Shown: one piece after another, positions 29,277 to 39,325 of the stretch
How the letters are laid out: the number at the start of each line of letters is the position of its first letter
Numbering within the stretch: position 1 is the first letter of the stretch
Assembly (NCBI GenBank): GCA_028293825.1
Contig: JAQGNY010000048.1
Span: forward strand, 11,023 to 75,022
DNA length: 64,000 nt
Reading direction: 5' to 3'
DNA from: Verrucomicrobiaceae bacterium
GTDB taxonomy: Bacteria; Pseudomonadota; Gammaproteobacteria; Pseudomonadales; CAMLJR01
The notes under the pieces: model-generated
Database searches by the model: none
The model's input: the letters and a program-made list of their open reading frames with translations, nothing else
Told to the model about the DNA's origin: nothing
Program-made: the position numbers and the translations under genes

Positions 29277-30527
29277 TCAAATAAAATCGGCTGGTGCGAA
29301 TGGCTTTAGTTGATGTGTTATTTCCGCTATCCAATATCCACTAAAAATTAATTTAGAAAAATTTTTTCGGAGTAACTGGTTGGGGGTTCTGGCAATACGC
29401 GAAATAAATTGATGTGTTTTTACTAATGCGTTCTCAATGGAAAATTTTATATGAGGACGCTGTAAGCGCCCTGAAAGTAGCGGTGGTTGTGCGGTTCCAA
29501 GTATGGCTTTGTACTGTGAGTCGCCTGCTAAGAAATTGTAAATGGCCATACCGAGTGCCGCGTTGTACTCGATGGCCAAGAGATGAGATACATAACCGGG
29601 ACGCAACATATTGCGATCCTCGGAAGCAAAGCCCGATTGCAACATCAACACGGTATTACGCCAAACAAAATTATATATATAGCCGATTGCCCTTTCCCCA
29701 CAGCAAATTCGCAGCATTTGGATTTCGCCTCGGTTAAATGCATTGCGTATCAGAGCGAGATGAAATTTTACCCATTTTGGATGAGCGAATGAGCCGGTTC
29801 TGCCGACACGGTTCCAGCGCTCCGTGTGCAACTGTCCCATTCGCATAAAATAGTCACAGGCTTGATCCACATCAGCGGCGCAATCTATTTTAAGAGTGCC
29901 TTCGTTGGAGTATTCCTTAAAAGAGCGTCGGATTTGCCAGCGCCGACTTTTACTCAATTTATTTAAAATAGATTCGACAGTCGTATTTGAATCGAGTGGT
30001 GTAACCCATATTCCGAGCGACCTATCGGTTATTTTTTTGAGCGCTAACCGTTGTTGATCGACCGAGTCATACGCTGCTTTCGGCACGTTCGTCAGGCGTA
30101 ATTCGTTCCAATCGAAAAGACTGTTATTTAAGTCGAAGATGAAGTGGTTTAGCGCAGCTGTTTCATGTCCTCTCTGCGTTAATAATCCGTTGTATTCAAT
30201 AAACATATTGAGATGGTGTTTACATGATTCATTTAATGTCACCATGGTCGACTTAAAAAAATGTCGCCGTTTTATGGTGTCATTACCAACCACGGCAAGC
30301 GCAATTAGCTCGCCTTTGAAGTAGCAACGATAGATAGATAGTGATGTGTGAGCTGATACAATTTGCAGCCAGGCGCCAATCCAGCTCCAGCTTAAAAAAA
30401 ATGAACAGTCTGACAAAGGCTCTAGTGCCCGCCACTCACGCTCCAGCGTTTCGATGCTGTCCAGAGCGCTGAAGCTGCCTTCATACCCTGACCCCTCTAT
30501 GTAGCTAATGGACTCCGTCAATTGCAA
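29277..30527 (-). CDS. GNAT protein of the CelD/BcsL (Fem-like Acetyltransf_6) family
   Basis: FFLSWSW, IEYNGLL, LHTERW, LQSGF, RPGYVSH, YNFLAGDSQYK. Confidence 0.82.
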   Translation of the reverse strand: MQLTESISYIEGSGYEGSFSALDSIETLEREWRALEPLSDCSFFLSWSWIGAWLQIVSAHTSLSIYRCYFKGELIALAVVGNDTIKRRHFFKSTMVTLNESCKHHLNMFIEYNGLLTQRGHETAALNHFIFDLNNSLFDWNELRLTNVPKAAYDSVDQQRLALKKITDRSLGIWVTPLDSNTTVESILNKLSKSRRWQIRRSFKEYSNEGTLKIDCAADVDQACDYFMRMGQLHTERWNRVGRTGSFAHPKWVKFHLALIRNAFNRGEIQMLRICCGERAIGYIYNFVWRNTVLMLQSGFASEDRNMLRPGYVSHLLAIEYNAALGMAIYNFLAGDSQYKAILGTAQPPLLSGRLQRPHIKFSIENALVKTHQFISRIARTPNQLLRKNFSKLIFSGYWIAEITHQLKPFAPADFI

Positions 30528-30613
30528 CTCCGATGGCCATCTGGTGCAGGTTTAGATTTTTCAGCACATTTAATGCGAGCTCGGGTATACCGCACTCTAT
30601 TTATCGGAGCTTA

Positions 30614-33247
30614 CTAGCTGCGCTCAGCCTGTTGCACATGCTCTTTAATTTCTTTGGAGTCAGGCGCAAGTTGAAGTGCCGCTTTTAATAATTCGCGCGC
30701 TTTTTCCACCTGATTATTCTTCAGCAGAATCCAGCCGTAGGTATCGAGCACTGCAGCATTACGCGGTTGTAGCTGATAAGCCTTGGCGCCCAGATCAAGC
30801 GCGCGTTTGTCAGCCTTCTGCAAATACAGCAGGGCGAGATTATTCAATACTGCGGCATTGTTACCATCGCGGGCGACGCCGGTTTCGTAGGCGCGAATAG
30901 CTGCAGCGCTGTCGCCTTGTTGTTCCGCAATCATTCCCTGCAACAATAATGGTGTGGCGCTGGTCGGTATTTTGGTTTGCCACTCGGCCAAAAATTGTTG
31001 TGCCGCCGCGCGATCTGAAGCGCTCAATGCGCGTTGCAGTTTGACTGCGATGCTGTCGTTGGGCGTGCGTTGCCACAGTGTTCGATAACGCGCGACAGCA
31101 TCGGGCCAACGCTGCTCGGCGGCGGCTATGTCGGCCTTCAGCTCCTCGACCATCGGCGTTTGCGCTTGTAATTGCTCCAGCTGCGCAACGACTTTTTCCG
31201 CCTCCTGCGGCGAGTTAGCGCGCAGCTCCACGCGCGCGAGTTGAGTCAGCAACGGCGCGCTGCGTGGATTAGCGCGTAGCGCTTGTACCAACTCCTTGCG
31301 CGCTGCGCCAAAATCGCGATTATTGCTGGCTTGTTCCGAACGTGTCATTGCCAACAATTGGCGCACGTAGTTTGCGTAACGTTGATCTGCTGTATCAGGG
31401 ATTGCTTTCAACAAGCGATCGGCGTCATCCAGGCGCGCATTGCGAATGTAATACTCGGCGATTACGGCATGCGTTACTGGCGAAGCTTGCGCGCTCGGTA
31501 CCAATTGCTCGACGGTACTTAAAGTCGCTTCGCGTCCATTGGCAATTTCGCGTGCAGTGATCAAGCCTTTAATGGCCGCAACGTTATCGGCATCGGTTTG
31601 CAATATCGATTTGAATTGGGTTTCGGCGATTTCAGGATGCTTCTGCAATAAATTTAATTGCGCGAAATCGAATTGGGCACTGATTAATTTTGGATCGAGC
31701 GCCAATGCTTTTTGCAGCGCATCGGACGCTACATCAAGCTGGCGTGAGAGTAGCGCGGTGTGACCAAGCACGGCTAAATTGTCAGCTTTAGGCGGTTGTT
31801 GTGCGGCGAATTTGCGCGCCACTTCCAGTGCTTGAGCATTATTGCCCAGTCCAAGTTGCGTGCTAATTAAAAGTCGATTCAGACTCGCATCCTGCGGATG
31901 TGTAACCAAGGCGCCTTGCAATAATTCGAGCGCATGCGTCGCTTGCCCGGTCGTTAAATAGTGGCGGACCAATGTCGTCGTTATCGCGACGTTATTGGGC
32001 TCTTCCGCTTGGGCCTGCGCCACTAAGCGCGCGCCTTCGTCGGTTTTGCCGGTGTCGAGTAACGCAATGCCGACCAGTGCTTTGAGCTGTGGGCTTTTCA
32101 AGCGCGCGCGCTGCTCGGGGCCGAAGGTTTCCAATAATTTTGCTGGCTGTGCGCTGCGTAAATCAGCTGCAGCCAATGCTAGCAAAGCACCTTCGGGAGC
32201 CACCTCGGGATCGACATGCGCGGTGAGATATTGCGCGGCGCCAGCCACATCATTGTTAGCGTATTTGATCATGCCGAGCAGAATACCGGCGGTGTCGTTT
32301 TTCGATTGCTGATAAACCTCGTTCAGCAAAGGCTCCGCTTCTGCAAGTTTGCCGTTTTGAAACAGCTCAAGACCTTTATTGAATTTTTCCTGCGTGCGCA
32401 TGCGCTCGGGGTCGGCGTCGGCGAGCGTTTTGGTATAAATCAATGATTCGCTAGACCGGCCGAGCTTGGTCAATACCGACGACAGTGTTTCCAGCACGGC
32501 TATTTTGGTCGGAGTCAAAATATCAGTCTGTGGTAACTCAATCAGTGCTTTGCTGAGCAAATCTTCAGCGTGCGCAAAATCGCTGTTTTGTTCGAATAAA
32601 CGCGCCGCGAACAGCAATGTGGCGATGTCTTTCGGATCGCGTTGCAATACGTCCTGCGCCAAAGCGAGCGCTGCCGCGTTGTCGCCTTGTGCCGATAAAT
32701 TGCGAGCCAACTCAAGCGTGGCGCGCGTGGCGATTTTTGGATCTTTTTGCAGCTCGACCAACTCAAGTTTTGCTGCATCGAATTGGCCGCTGCCGGAAAG
32801 CGCGCGCGCGTGCAATAAACTCAGCTCCGGATGTTCGTTCAGCGGCAGTTGCGCTTTTTTGGCATCGAGATAATCGAGCGCGGTTTGATATTTCTTTTGC
32901 GCGACATAGGCGTCCACCAGCTCGGTCGCGATATCGCCGTTGGCATTTTGCGCAAGCGGCTCCAGCGTCTGCACTGCCAATCGGGGTTGACCAATGGCGT
33001 TAAATTCGCGTGCCAGCAGTTCGCTATTGCGCGGATCGTTTGGTGCTAACTTTAGTGCGTTGCGCGTTTCAATAATTGCGGCGCGATACTGGCCCTGCTG
33101 CAGATAGTTTTGGGCGCGTTCATAATATTGACCAGCCTGGGCTTGGTTTTTATCGGCAGATTTTCCGCGATCGCCACAACCCGCCAGTGCGATGCCGAGA
33201 CTTATCGCAATTGCGACAGCTATTTTTTTTGTGGCAGCCTCATACAT
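30614..33247 (-). CDS. prsT: PEP-CTERM system TPR lipoprotein PrsT-like
   Basis: Lipobox LAGC, many TPRs, LNNLA, VLDTYGWIL; downstream of prsK-prsR; ATG at 33247 preceded by GGAG. Confidence 0.8.
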   Translation of the reverse strand: MYEAATKKIAVAIAISLGIALAGCGDRGKSADKNQAQAGQYYERAQNYLQQGQYRAAIIETRNALKLAPNDPRNSELLAREFNAIGQPRLAVQTLEPLAQNANGDIATELVDAYVAQKKYQTALDYLDAKKAQLPLNEHPELSLLHARALSGSGQFDAAKLELVELQKDPKIATRATLELARNLSAQGDNAAALALAQDVLQRDPKDIATLLFAARLFEQNSDFAHAEDLLSKALIELPQTDILTPTKIAVLETLSSVLTKLGRSSESLIYTKTLADADPERMRTQEKFNKGLELFQNGKLAEAEPLLNEVYQQSKNDTAGILLGMIKYANNDVAGAAQYLTAHVDPEVAPEGALLALAAADLRSAQPAKLLETFGPEQRARLKSPQLKALVGIALLDTGKTDEGARLVAQAQAEEPNNVAITTTLVRHYLTTGQATHALELLQGALVTHPQDASLNRLLISTQLGLGNNAQALEVARKFAAQQPPKADNLAVLGHTALLSRQLDVASDALQKALALDPKLISAQFDFAQLNLLQKHPEIAETQFKSILQTDADNVAAIKGLITAREIANGREATLSTVEQLVPSAQASPVTHAVIAEYYIRNARLDDADRLLKAIPDTADQRYANYVRQLLAMTRSEQASNNRDFGAARKELVQALRANPRSAPLLTQLARVELRANSPQEAEKVVAQLEQLQAQTPMVEELKADIAAAEQRWPDAVARYRTLWQRTPNDSIAVKLQRALSASDRAAAQQFLAEWQTKIPTSATPLLLQGMIAEQQGDSAAAIRAYETGVARDGNNAAVLNNLALLYLQKADKRALDLGAKAYQLQPRNAAVLDTYGWILLKNNQVEKARELLKAALQLAPDSKEIKEHVQQAERS

Positions 33248-33321
33248 AGCCGGCAATGCTCCGTAAAATTTTGGGCGCCGCCGAATATGCGGCCCTCCGG
33301 GTTTGTTCAAAAGGCTATGCG

Positions 33322-34683
33322 TTATTCGCCTGGAATATTGATATCGTACTTTTTGACCAAGTCATACAGCGTTGGGCGAGTTATGCCCAATAATTTTGCC
33401 GCCGCTGAATAATTTCCATCCGCCAACGATAGCGCTTGTTTTATGGCAATACGTTCGGCTTCTTGACGCACGTGACGCAAATTAATAAATAATTCACTTG
33501 GCGTAACCAGTGCTAAATCCACCGGTGTAATATTTTTTCCTTCACACATGATGACGGCGCGTTTTATTTTGTTTTCCATTTCCCGAATGTTGCCGGGCCA
33601 ATGGTAGCCTTCGATGGCCTCGGCCGCTTCGCTGGTGAAGCCATTAATTTTTCGTTGTTGCTGTTCGGCGAATTTTTCTAAGAAATGGCGCGCGAGTAAT
33701 ACTTTGTCGCCTTGGCGCTCGCGCAGCGGTGGAATTTCTATCACCATTTCGCAAATGCGATAATACAAATCTTCGCGAAAAGTATTTTCTTTCACCATCG
33801 CGTCGAGGTTTTTATTGGTTGCGCAAATCACGCGAACATCGACCGGGATTTCGTCGCGTCCACCGACGCGCTCAATAACGCGTTCCTGCAGGAAGCGCAA
33901 TAATTTGGCTTGCAGCGGCAACGGCATATCGCCGATTTCATCGAGGAATAATGTGCCTTCGTGCGCGGTTTCAATTTTACCGAGTGTGCGTTTATTGGCG
34001 CCGGTAAATGCGCCTTTCTCGTAACCGAATAATTCGCTTTCCATTAAGCTTTCTGGAACGGCCGCGCAATTAATGGCAACGAAACGTTTTTCCGCACGCG
34101 GGCTTAAATTGTGAATCGCACGCGCGAACACTTCTTTCCCGGTTCCACTTTCGCCGAGCAGCGTGCATGTCACTGTCGTCGGTGCAATTTTTTCGACGTT
34201 GCGACAGATGCGCAGCATTTGCGGGTCCGATGCAATCACGCCTGATAATGGCGATATACGTTGTTCAAGCAGACGCCGATTTTTTTGTTCCAAGTCGAAC
34301 ATGTTATAGGCGCGTTCGACGATCAGATTTAGCGTGTCGGCATTAATTGGTTTTTGGTAAAAATCGTATGCACCTAAAGCGACGGCGCGTACGGCATTTT
34401 CGTAATCATGATTGCCGGTGATGACAATAATTTTTGTCGATGGCGCTAGGCGCATAATTTCCTGAACGCATTTAAAGCCTTCTTCGACGCCTTCCTCATC
34501 GGGCGGCAAGCCTAAATCTTGTAAAACCACGGCGGGTTCGTGCAAGCGCACAGCGGCAATTGCACCGGCGCGGTCTTCTGCAATAACGACGGTGTATTGA
34601 TCGAAATGCCAACGTAATTGACTGCTGAGGCCGGAGTCATCCTCAACGATTAGCAATGTTTGTTTCGGTTTAATTTGACTCAT
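33322..34683 (-). CDS. prsR: Sigma54-dependent response regulator PrsR
   Basis: REC (VEDD, QDLGLPP), GESGTGKE, GAFTGA, LFLDEIG, WPGNIRE, Fis HTH LGITRPTLY. Confidence 0.93.
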   Translation of the reverse strand: MSQIKPKQTLLIVEDDSGLSSQLRWHFDQYTVVIAEDRAGAIAAVRLHEPAVVLQDLGLPPDEEGVEEGFKCVQEIMRLAPSTKIIVITGNHDYENAVRAVALGAYDFYQKPINADTLNLIVERAYNMFDLEQKNRRLLEQRISPLSGVIASDPQMLRICRNVEKIAPTTVTCTLLGESGTGKEVFARAIHNLSPRAEKRFVAINCAAVPESLMESELFGYEKGAFTGANKRTLGKIETAHEGTLFLDEIGDMPLPLQAKLLRFLQERVIERVGGRDEIPVDVRVICATNKNLDAMVKENTFREDLYYRICEMVIEIPPLRERQGDKVLLARHFLEKFAEQQQRKINGFTSEAAEAIEGYHWPGNIREMENKIKRAVIMCEGKNITPVDLALVTPSELFINLRHVRQEAERIAIKQALSLADGNYSAAAKLLGITRPTLYDLVKKYDINIPGE

Positions 34684-34712
34684 TTCGCGCCTTGCAACTT
34701 AGTTCGAAAAAC

Positions 34713-34762
34713 CCAGTTTTGAAAGTGCTCAATTGGACCAGTTTTAAAAGTGCTTAATTAGA
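34713..34762. repeat. Tandem 25-bp imperfect direct repeat spanning the prsK stop codon
   Basis: CCAGTTTTGAAAGTGCTCAATTGGA / CCAGTTTTAAAAGTGCTTAATTAGA (3 mismatches). Confidence 0.85.
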
Positions 34763-36799
34763 TAAGGGAAGCGCAATCGTAAAGGTGGTGCCTTCGCCGG
34801 GTGCGCTGTCGACAGTGACATTACCGCCTAGCGATGCAATAAATTCGCGCGTTTGATAAGCGCCGATACCCATGCCTTTGCCCGATTTGGTGGTAACGAA
34901 AGGCCGGAACAATTGATTCTTGATGAAGTCCTGATCCATTCCGACACCATTATCTTCGATGACGATAATTGCATCGTTTTCGTCGCGTTGCAAAGTGATA
35001 TCGACGAAGCCGTTGCTATCGGTGGCGTCCTGCGCGTTTTTGATAATGTGCGTGAGCGTCATGATCAGGCGATCCTGATCCGCATTTACTTTTAAATTAG
35101 TTTGCTGCAAACGCAATGACGGCACTGGCTTTTGTTCTTTGCATTTTTTAACGGCTTCCATTAACACGCGGTGCAATTCCAGCGAGCGCAATTCGCTCGA
35201 TTCATTCTGCTGCAATTTTCGCAGAAGATTGCTCATTCGACTGACTGAGTTGTCGATAGTGCGAATTGCATCTTCAAAAAACGCCGGGTTTTCCCGATGT
35301 TTTGCCGCGTTTTCTACGACCAGCGCCTGCTGCGCGATAAGGTTTTTCAAATCATGCATGATGAATGCGGTGAGTTTGTTGAACGCCTCAAATTGACGTG
35401 ATTCTGCGAGCATTTCGGCTGCTTCATGCCGATCCAAATAGGACGCTACCTGGCGACTTACTGTTTTCAATAAATCGAGGTCTTCCCATGTTAACGAGTC
35501 GTCCAGTTCGGGCTTCGTCAGCACCATAAAGCCGAGTAGCTCTGATTCAGTTAGTAACGGCAGTACTAGCCACAAATCGTTAATGGTATGAATCCATGCC
35601 GGCAGCAATTCGTTCATTGCACCCAAGCTGTCGTTTTCCGGGGATTGCGTGGAAAAAACCCATTCGGTTTTTTTCATCGCTGAACAAAAAGGGCTGTCGG
35701 CGGGCTCATCGACACTGGCGTTGGGCAACGGCACGTTGTACGCGGCCATCGGTGTATAACGCTGACCCTGGCGCAGCCACAAAGCGCCGCCGGGGCTTTT
35801 AAAAATTTCGGCGACCGCTTTGATTGCGCGCTCGTGAAAATTCTCAGCGCCAAATGGTTGTGACAGGTAGTTGATGAGTTTCAACCATTCGGCGCGATAG
35901 TCGTACTTATGATGGAAGAAGTGTTTGTTGATCCAAACATTCAGGTGTGAACGCGCTGTTTCCGAAACGAAAATGCCGCCCACACTCATCAGCGCGAGAA
36001 ATAGCACCAGAATTTGAACGACTGTGCCCCAACTGCCGCCGTACAGCTCGACGTAATAGCCGCCCACGGCCATCAGCGCGAGAAAGCAGCCCGCTGCCGT
36101 GAGGCTGGTTGTGTAAAACACGGCGGGTCGCGACAGTGTCATTCGTGTCGGTTTTGCGTTTTGTCGTGCAACTGCGATTGAACCCGCGATCATAAATAAT
36201 CCGGCAATCGCATTTACGCTGCCGCGTGCGCGCCACAAATCGACATCGATGGCGCCAAACATTAATGCGTGCGAAAACAGATAAATGTCGTAAACAAAGA
36301 GCGAACTGATCGCGACGCTCAACAGCTTTATTAATCGATCTTGTTGCGAGTTGCGATATAGCTGCTCGACGGAAACGAGTCCCACCACACCTAGCGATAC
36401 GCCGGCCCAAGTGAGCGTTTTGGTGTCGTAAGCGAGTGTTGTATGCGTTGCGAATAAATAACTGGCAAGAAAAAGTGCGCTGATCCAAACACCCTGAATA
36501 ATTGCACGCAATGGAAACGACAGCGTTTTCCCGGAGCTAAATACCATGCAGCTCAGCAGTGCACTAATCCAAGCGCCATCGCGCGCAATTTCCAAAATAA
36601 GTAGGACGGGCTTTTCCAGGCTGAGCCAGTGGTAGTGGACGGCAAATGCAAACTGCCACACCGCTGAAACAGCCGCAGCCAGAACCAACGTGCTATGCGC
36701 CGCGCGGATGTACCACAAATAAAAAAGCATTAACGTCAGCGCTAAAAAAATACAGCCGCCCGCTAAATTACTCAGAAAAGTGATCTGATCGTGCTGCAT
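34754..36799 (-). CDS. prsK: PEP-CTERM system histidine kinase PrsK
   Basis: TM region, NKHFFHHKYDYRAEW, GAF, FIMHDLKN, NAQDA, DNGVGM, GMGIG. Confidence 0.93.
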   Translation of the reverse strand: MQHDQITFLSNLAGGCIFLALTLMLFYLWYIRAAHSTLVLAAAVSAVWQFAFAVHYHWLSLEKPVLLILEIARDGAWISALLSCMVFSSGKTLSFPLRAIIQGVWISALFLASYLFATHTTLAYDTKTLTWAGVSLGVVGLVSVEQLYRNSQQDRLIKLLSVAISSLFVYDIYLFSHALMFGAIDVDLWRARGSVNAIAGLFMIAGSIAVARQNAKPTRMTLSRPAVFYTTSLTAAGCFLALMAVGGYYVELYGGSWGTVVQILVLFLALMSVGGIFVSETARSHLNVWINKHFFHHKYDYRAEWLKLINYLSQPFGAENFHERAIKAVAEIFKSPGGALWLRQGQRYTPMAAYNVPLPNASVDEPADSPFCSAMKKTEWVFSTQSPENDSLGAMNELLPAWIHTINDLWLVLPLLTESELLGFMVLTKPELDDSLTWEDLDLLKTVSRQVASYLDRHEAAEMLAESRQFEAFNKLTAFIMHDLKNLIAQQALVVENAAKHRENPAFFEDAIRTIDNSVSRMSNLLRKLQQNESSELRSLELHRVLMEAVKKCKEQKPVPSLRLQQTNLKVNADQDRLIMTLTHIIKNAQDATDSNGFVDITLQRDENDAIIVIEDNGVGMDQDFIKNQLFRPFVTTKSGKGMGIGAYQTREFIASLGGNVTVDSAPGEGTTFTIALPLSN

Positions 36800-36898
36800 A
36801 AGGCTCGATTAATAATCGTTGTTGCGTTGGGTGATGGAGCGATTGCGTCGAGCCCACATTATAGTCGTGGTGGCCACAATCGCTCGCGGAGCGAAGAT

Positions 36899-39112
36899 TT
36901 ACTTGCCGATTTGGCGCAAATTGCCGACGATATTTTCCATCGCGCGGTCGAACAAGATGCCATTTTCGAGAGGAATAGCGCGGCGTTGTTGTAAGTCGTA
37001 GGCAAAATCCTTGCGCGACTTTTCCATGACTTTAAAGCCGAAGCGATTGACGAAAACGAAGGTGTCGGAGATTTCGATTTTGGTGGAGAGCTTGCAGCGC
37101 AGAATTTTGCCGCGACGGCTGTCTTCATACGAAACCCACGTGCCGACCGGCAAGGCATCGGCTTTTTTAATGAATTCGTAGGTTAATGCTTTGTAGCGCG
37201 CGTGCTGACGTTCAAGCGCCGTCATTTCCTGCCAGTTTTTGCTACCGCTACCCGGCGTATGGCCAAGTGCGACTGCCTGTTCTGCGCTGATCGTTTGAAA
37301 GGTAACCGGGGCTTCGCACTGCAGTTGATCGAGCACTTCACCGATGACGCGTACGGCATTATGCGAGGCTTCCGCGGTGGTCGATATCTTCGTCAGACCT
37401 TGCGCAATGCGTTGTAGTAAATCCGGTTTGATTTTGCCGAGGCGATGCATCGAGCGCGGGTCTTCGTGTTTTTGCGAAGCCCAAATCAAATCGTCGACAA
37501 CCTGCATCGACTCCAGCCATTCGGCGCTGTCCTCGCCATTTTTTAAATGGATTAAAACCAGTAACTGTTGCCATTGATCGACTAAAAAAGCGGTGATTGG
37601 TGCGGGCAACTCTAATTTTTCCAGCTTCGCGAACAGCAGTTGCTGCACCACGGTTTTGGCTTGCTGAGTTTTTGCGTGACCTTCTAGCGACTGACTGGTG
37701 CGGCGCTCAACCAATGAGGTGCGATGTTGCTCCTGCTGCGCGAACAATTGCAGCTCGCTTAACTTTTCTGCGAACACCTGATCGTTATCGGCGTATTGCT
37801 CGTTAATGGTTTGGATGATTTCGAAAATTTTGTTGTAGAGCTTATCTTTTACCGGCTGATCGGATTCATCCCAGCCAATGCTGGCGTCGGCGATCGCGTT
37901 GATCAACTTGCGCGCGGGATGACCGGCATGGCTGAAAAATGCTTTGTCTTTCAGTGCTACTTTAAGAATAGGGATTTGCAGTCGACTAATTAACGCTTGG
38001 ATGGCGACCGGCAGATTTCGATCGTCCAACACGAAGTCAAAAAACATCGCCACTAAATTGATGACATCTTCGTCGGGCTGCTGCAGTGCGCGCGGACTAG
38101 TTGGATTGTGCGAGGCCAGCAGGGTTTGCACTAACTGCCGTAAATCCAGCGGTGCTGCGTCGCCGCCCATACCTTGTGGTGACTGCTGACTTGTCAATAA
38201 TGTAAGCAAGTCCGTACTGGCCATGATCGGCCCAGGATTCGAGCTATAAGCGCTGTAATTGGGCAGGTTGGTGAGGCCTAAGCGACGCATGCTGGCGAGT
38301 AAATTACTCAGCTCGGCAAAGTCGAACTGCAATTGCGAGGCGGCTTGCGCGGCGGCCTCTAAAACATTGTCGACGGATGAGCCCGTATTTGAATTGGCTT
38401 CACTACTCCCATCGGCCTGTTTATTTATGCTTCGTGTGATTTTCGGAAGCACGCCGGAATTAATCAGAAGCTCGTTCGATGCCGTATAAACTTTGATCAG
38501 CTTGCTGACGACTACACGGTCGAACTGCTTGAAAATAATAATGCGCGCTTTGATGTTGATATCGAAAAGCTCGCAGGCCTTGGCAAAAGCGCGACAGATA
38601 CGCTCTGGGTCGAGCGGATCGTTTTCTTGATCGATGGTGACGCGTGGAATCAGATAATCGAGACGCGTTGCCAAGTGATAGAGCGCCTCCTGACAATTAA
38701 TACGAGCCTTTGAAATCATGCCCGTTATCGCAACTTCTTGTTCGAGCGTATCGTTTTGAACAAGGCTTAAATTATCGACATTGGTTTCCTGGGCATTTGT
38801 CCGCGTCGCTGCGCTATTTTGCGCCAGCGTCAAAAAGCCCTGTTCGAAGTGCTGTTTAAATGAATTGATGACTCCGGCTTTTTTGAAACGCAATTCGCGC
38901 ATCGATTCAAAATAAAGATTTTGCTCGGCATTGCTACTGGCGCGACTCGAAAGGTCAAAAAATAGGTCATCGCAATTGCTGAACAGGTCTTCAAGACTAT
39001 TCAATAAGACGGTTTGGGCATCATCTTTAAGTTGGCGAACGAGGGGCGGCAAATTAGACCAAGCGGTGGAAGTGTTTTCCACCATCTTCAAATAATCCTT
39101 TTCCTTTGACAT
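36899..39112 (-). CDS. DUF1631 family protein
   Basis: QNLYFESMRELR, LVAMFFDFVLDD, RLQIPILKVAL, HPARKLIN, FVNRFG. Confidence 0.8.
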   Translation of the reverse strand: MSKEKDYLKMVENTSTAWSNLPPLVRQLKDDAQTVLLNSLEDLFSNCDDLFFDLSSRASSNAEQNLYFESMRELRFKKAGVINSFKQHFEQGFLTLAQNSAATRTNAQETNVDNLSLVQNDTLEQEVAITGMISKARINCQEALYHLATRLDYLIPRVTIDQENDPLDPERICRAFAKACELFDINIKARIIIFKQFDRVVVSKLIKVYTASNELLINSGVLPKITRSINKQADGSSEANSNTGSSVDNVLEAAAQAASQLQFDFAELSNLLASMRRLGLTNLPNYSAYSSNPGPIMASTDLLTLLTSQQSPQGMGGDAAPLDLRQLVQTLLASHNPTSPRALQQPDEDVINLVAMFFDFVLDDRNLPVAIQALISRLQIPILKVALKDKAFFSHAGHPARKLINAIADASIGWDESDQPVKDKLYNKIFEIIQTINEQYADNDQVFAEKLSELQLFAQQEQHRTSLVERRTSQSLEGHAKTQQAKTVVQQLLFAKLEKLELPAPITAFLVDQWQQLLVLIHLKNGEDSAEWLESMQVVDDLIWASQKHEDPRSMHRLGKIKPDLLQRIAQGLTKISTTAEASHNAVRVIGEVLDQLQCEAPVTFQTISAEQAVALGHTPGSGSKNWQEMTALERQHARYKALTYEFIKKADALPVGTWVSYEDSRRGKILRCKLSTKIEISDTFVFVNRFGFKVMEKSRKDFAYDLQQRRAIPLENGILFDRAMENIVGNLRQIGK

Positions 39113-39325
39113 GGGTCTCTACTCCTCGCCAATTTTGGCGGGCTTGGGTGAGCGCAATTGCGCTGTTGTTTACGCTTCGCCCAGCGTCTTAAGGTCCCTG
39201 ACTGGCGCAAAAAACAGCCGTCTAATTTTGTTGGGGGACACTGCGCCCAAATCATAGTTGAATTAGGTCGTAAAAGACAGAGTGTTGAAATGGCAGGATT
39301 TTTACAGAAAATGGTGAATTTGAAT

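Noticed and set aside
34713-34762. Possible mini-CRISPR
   Set aside because: Only two adjacent copies, no spacer and no cas genes.
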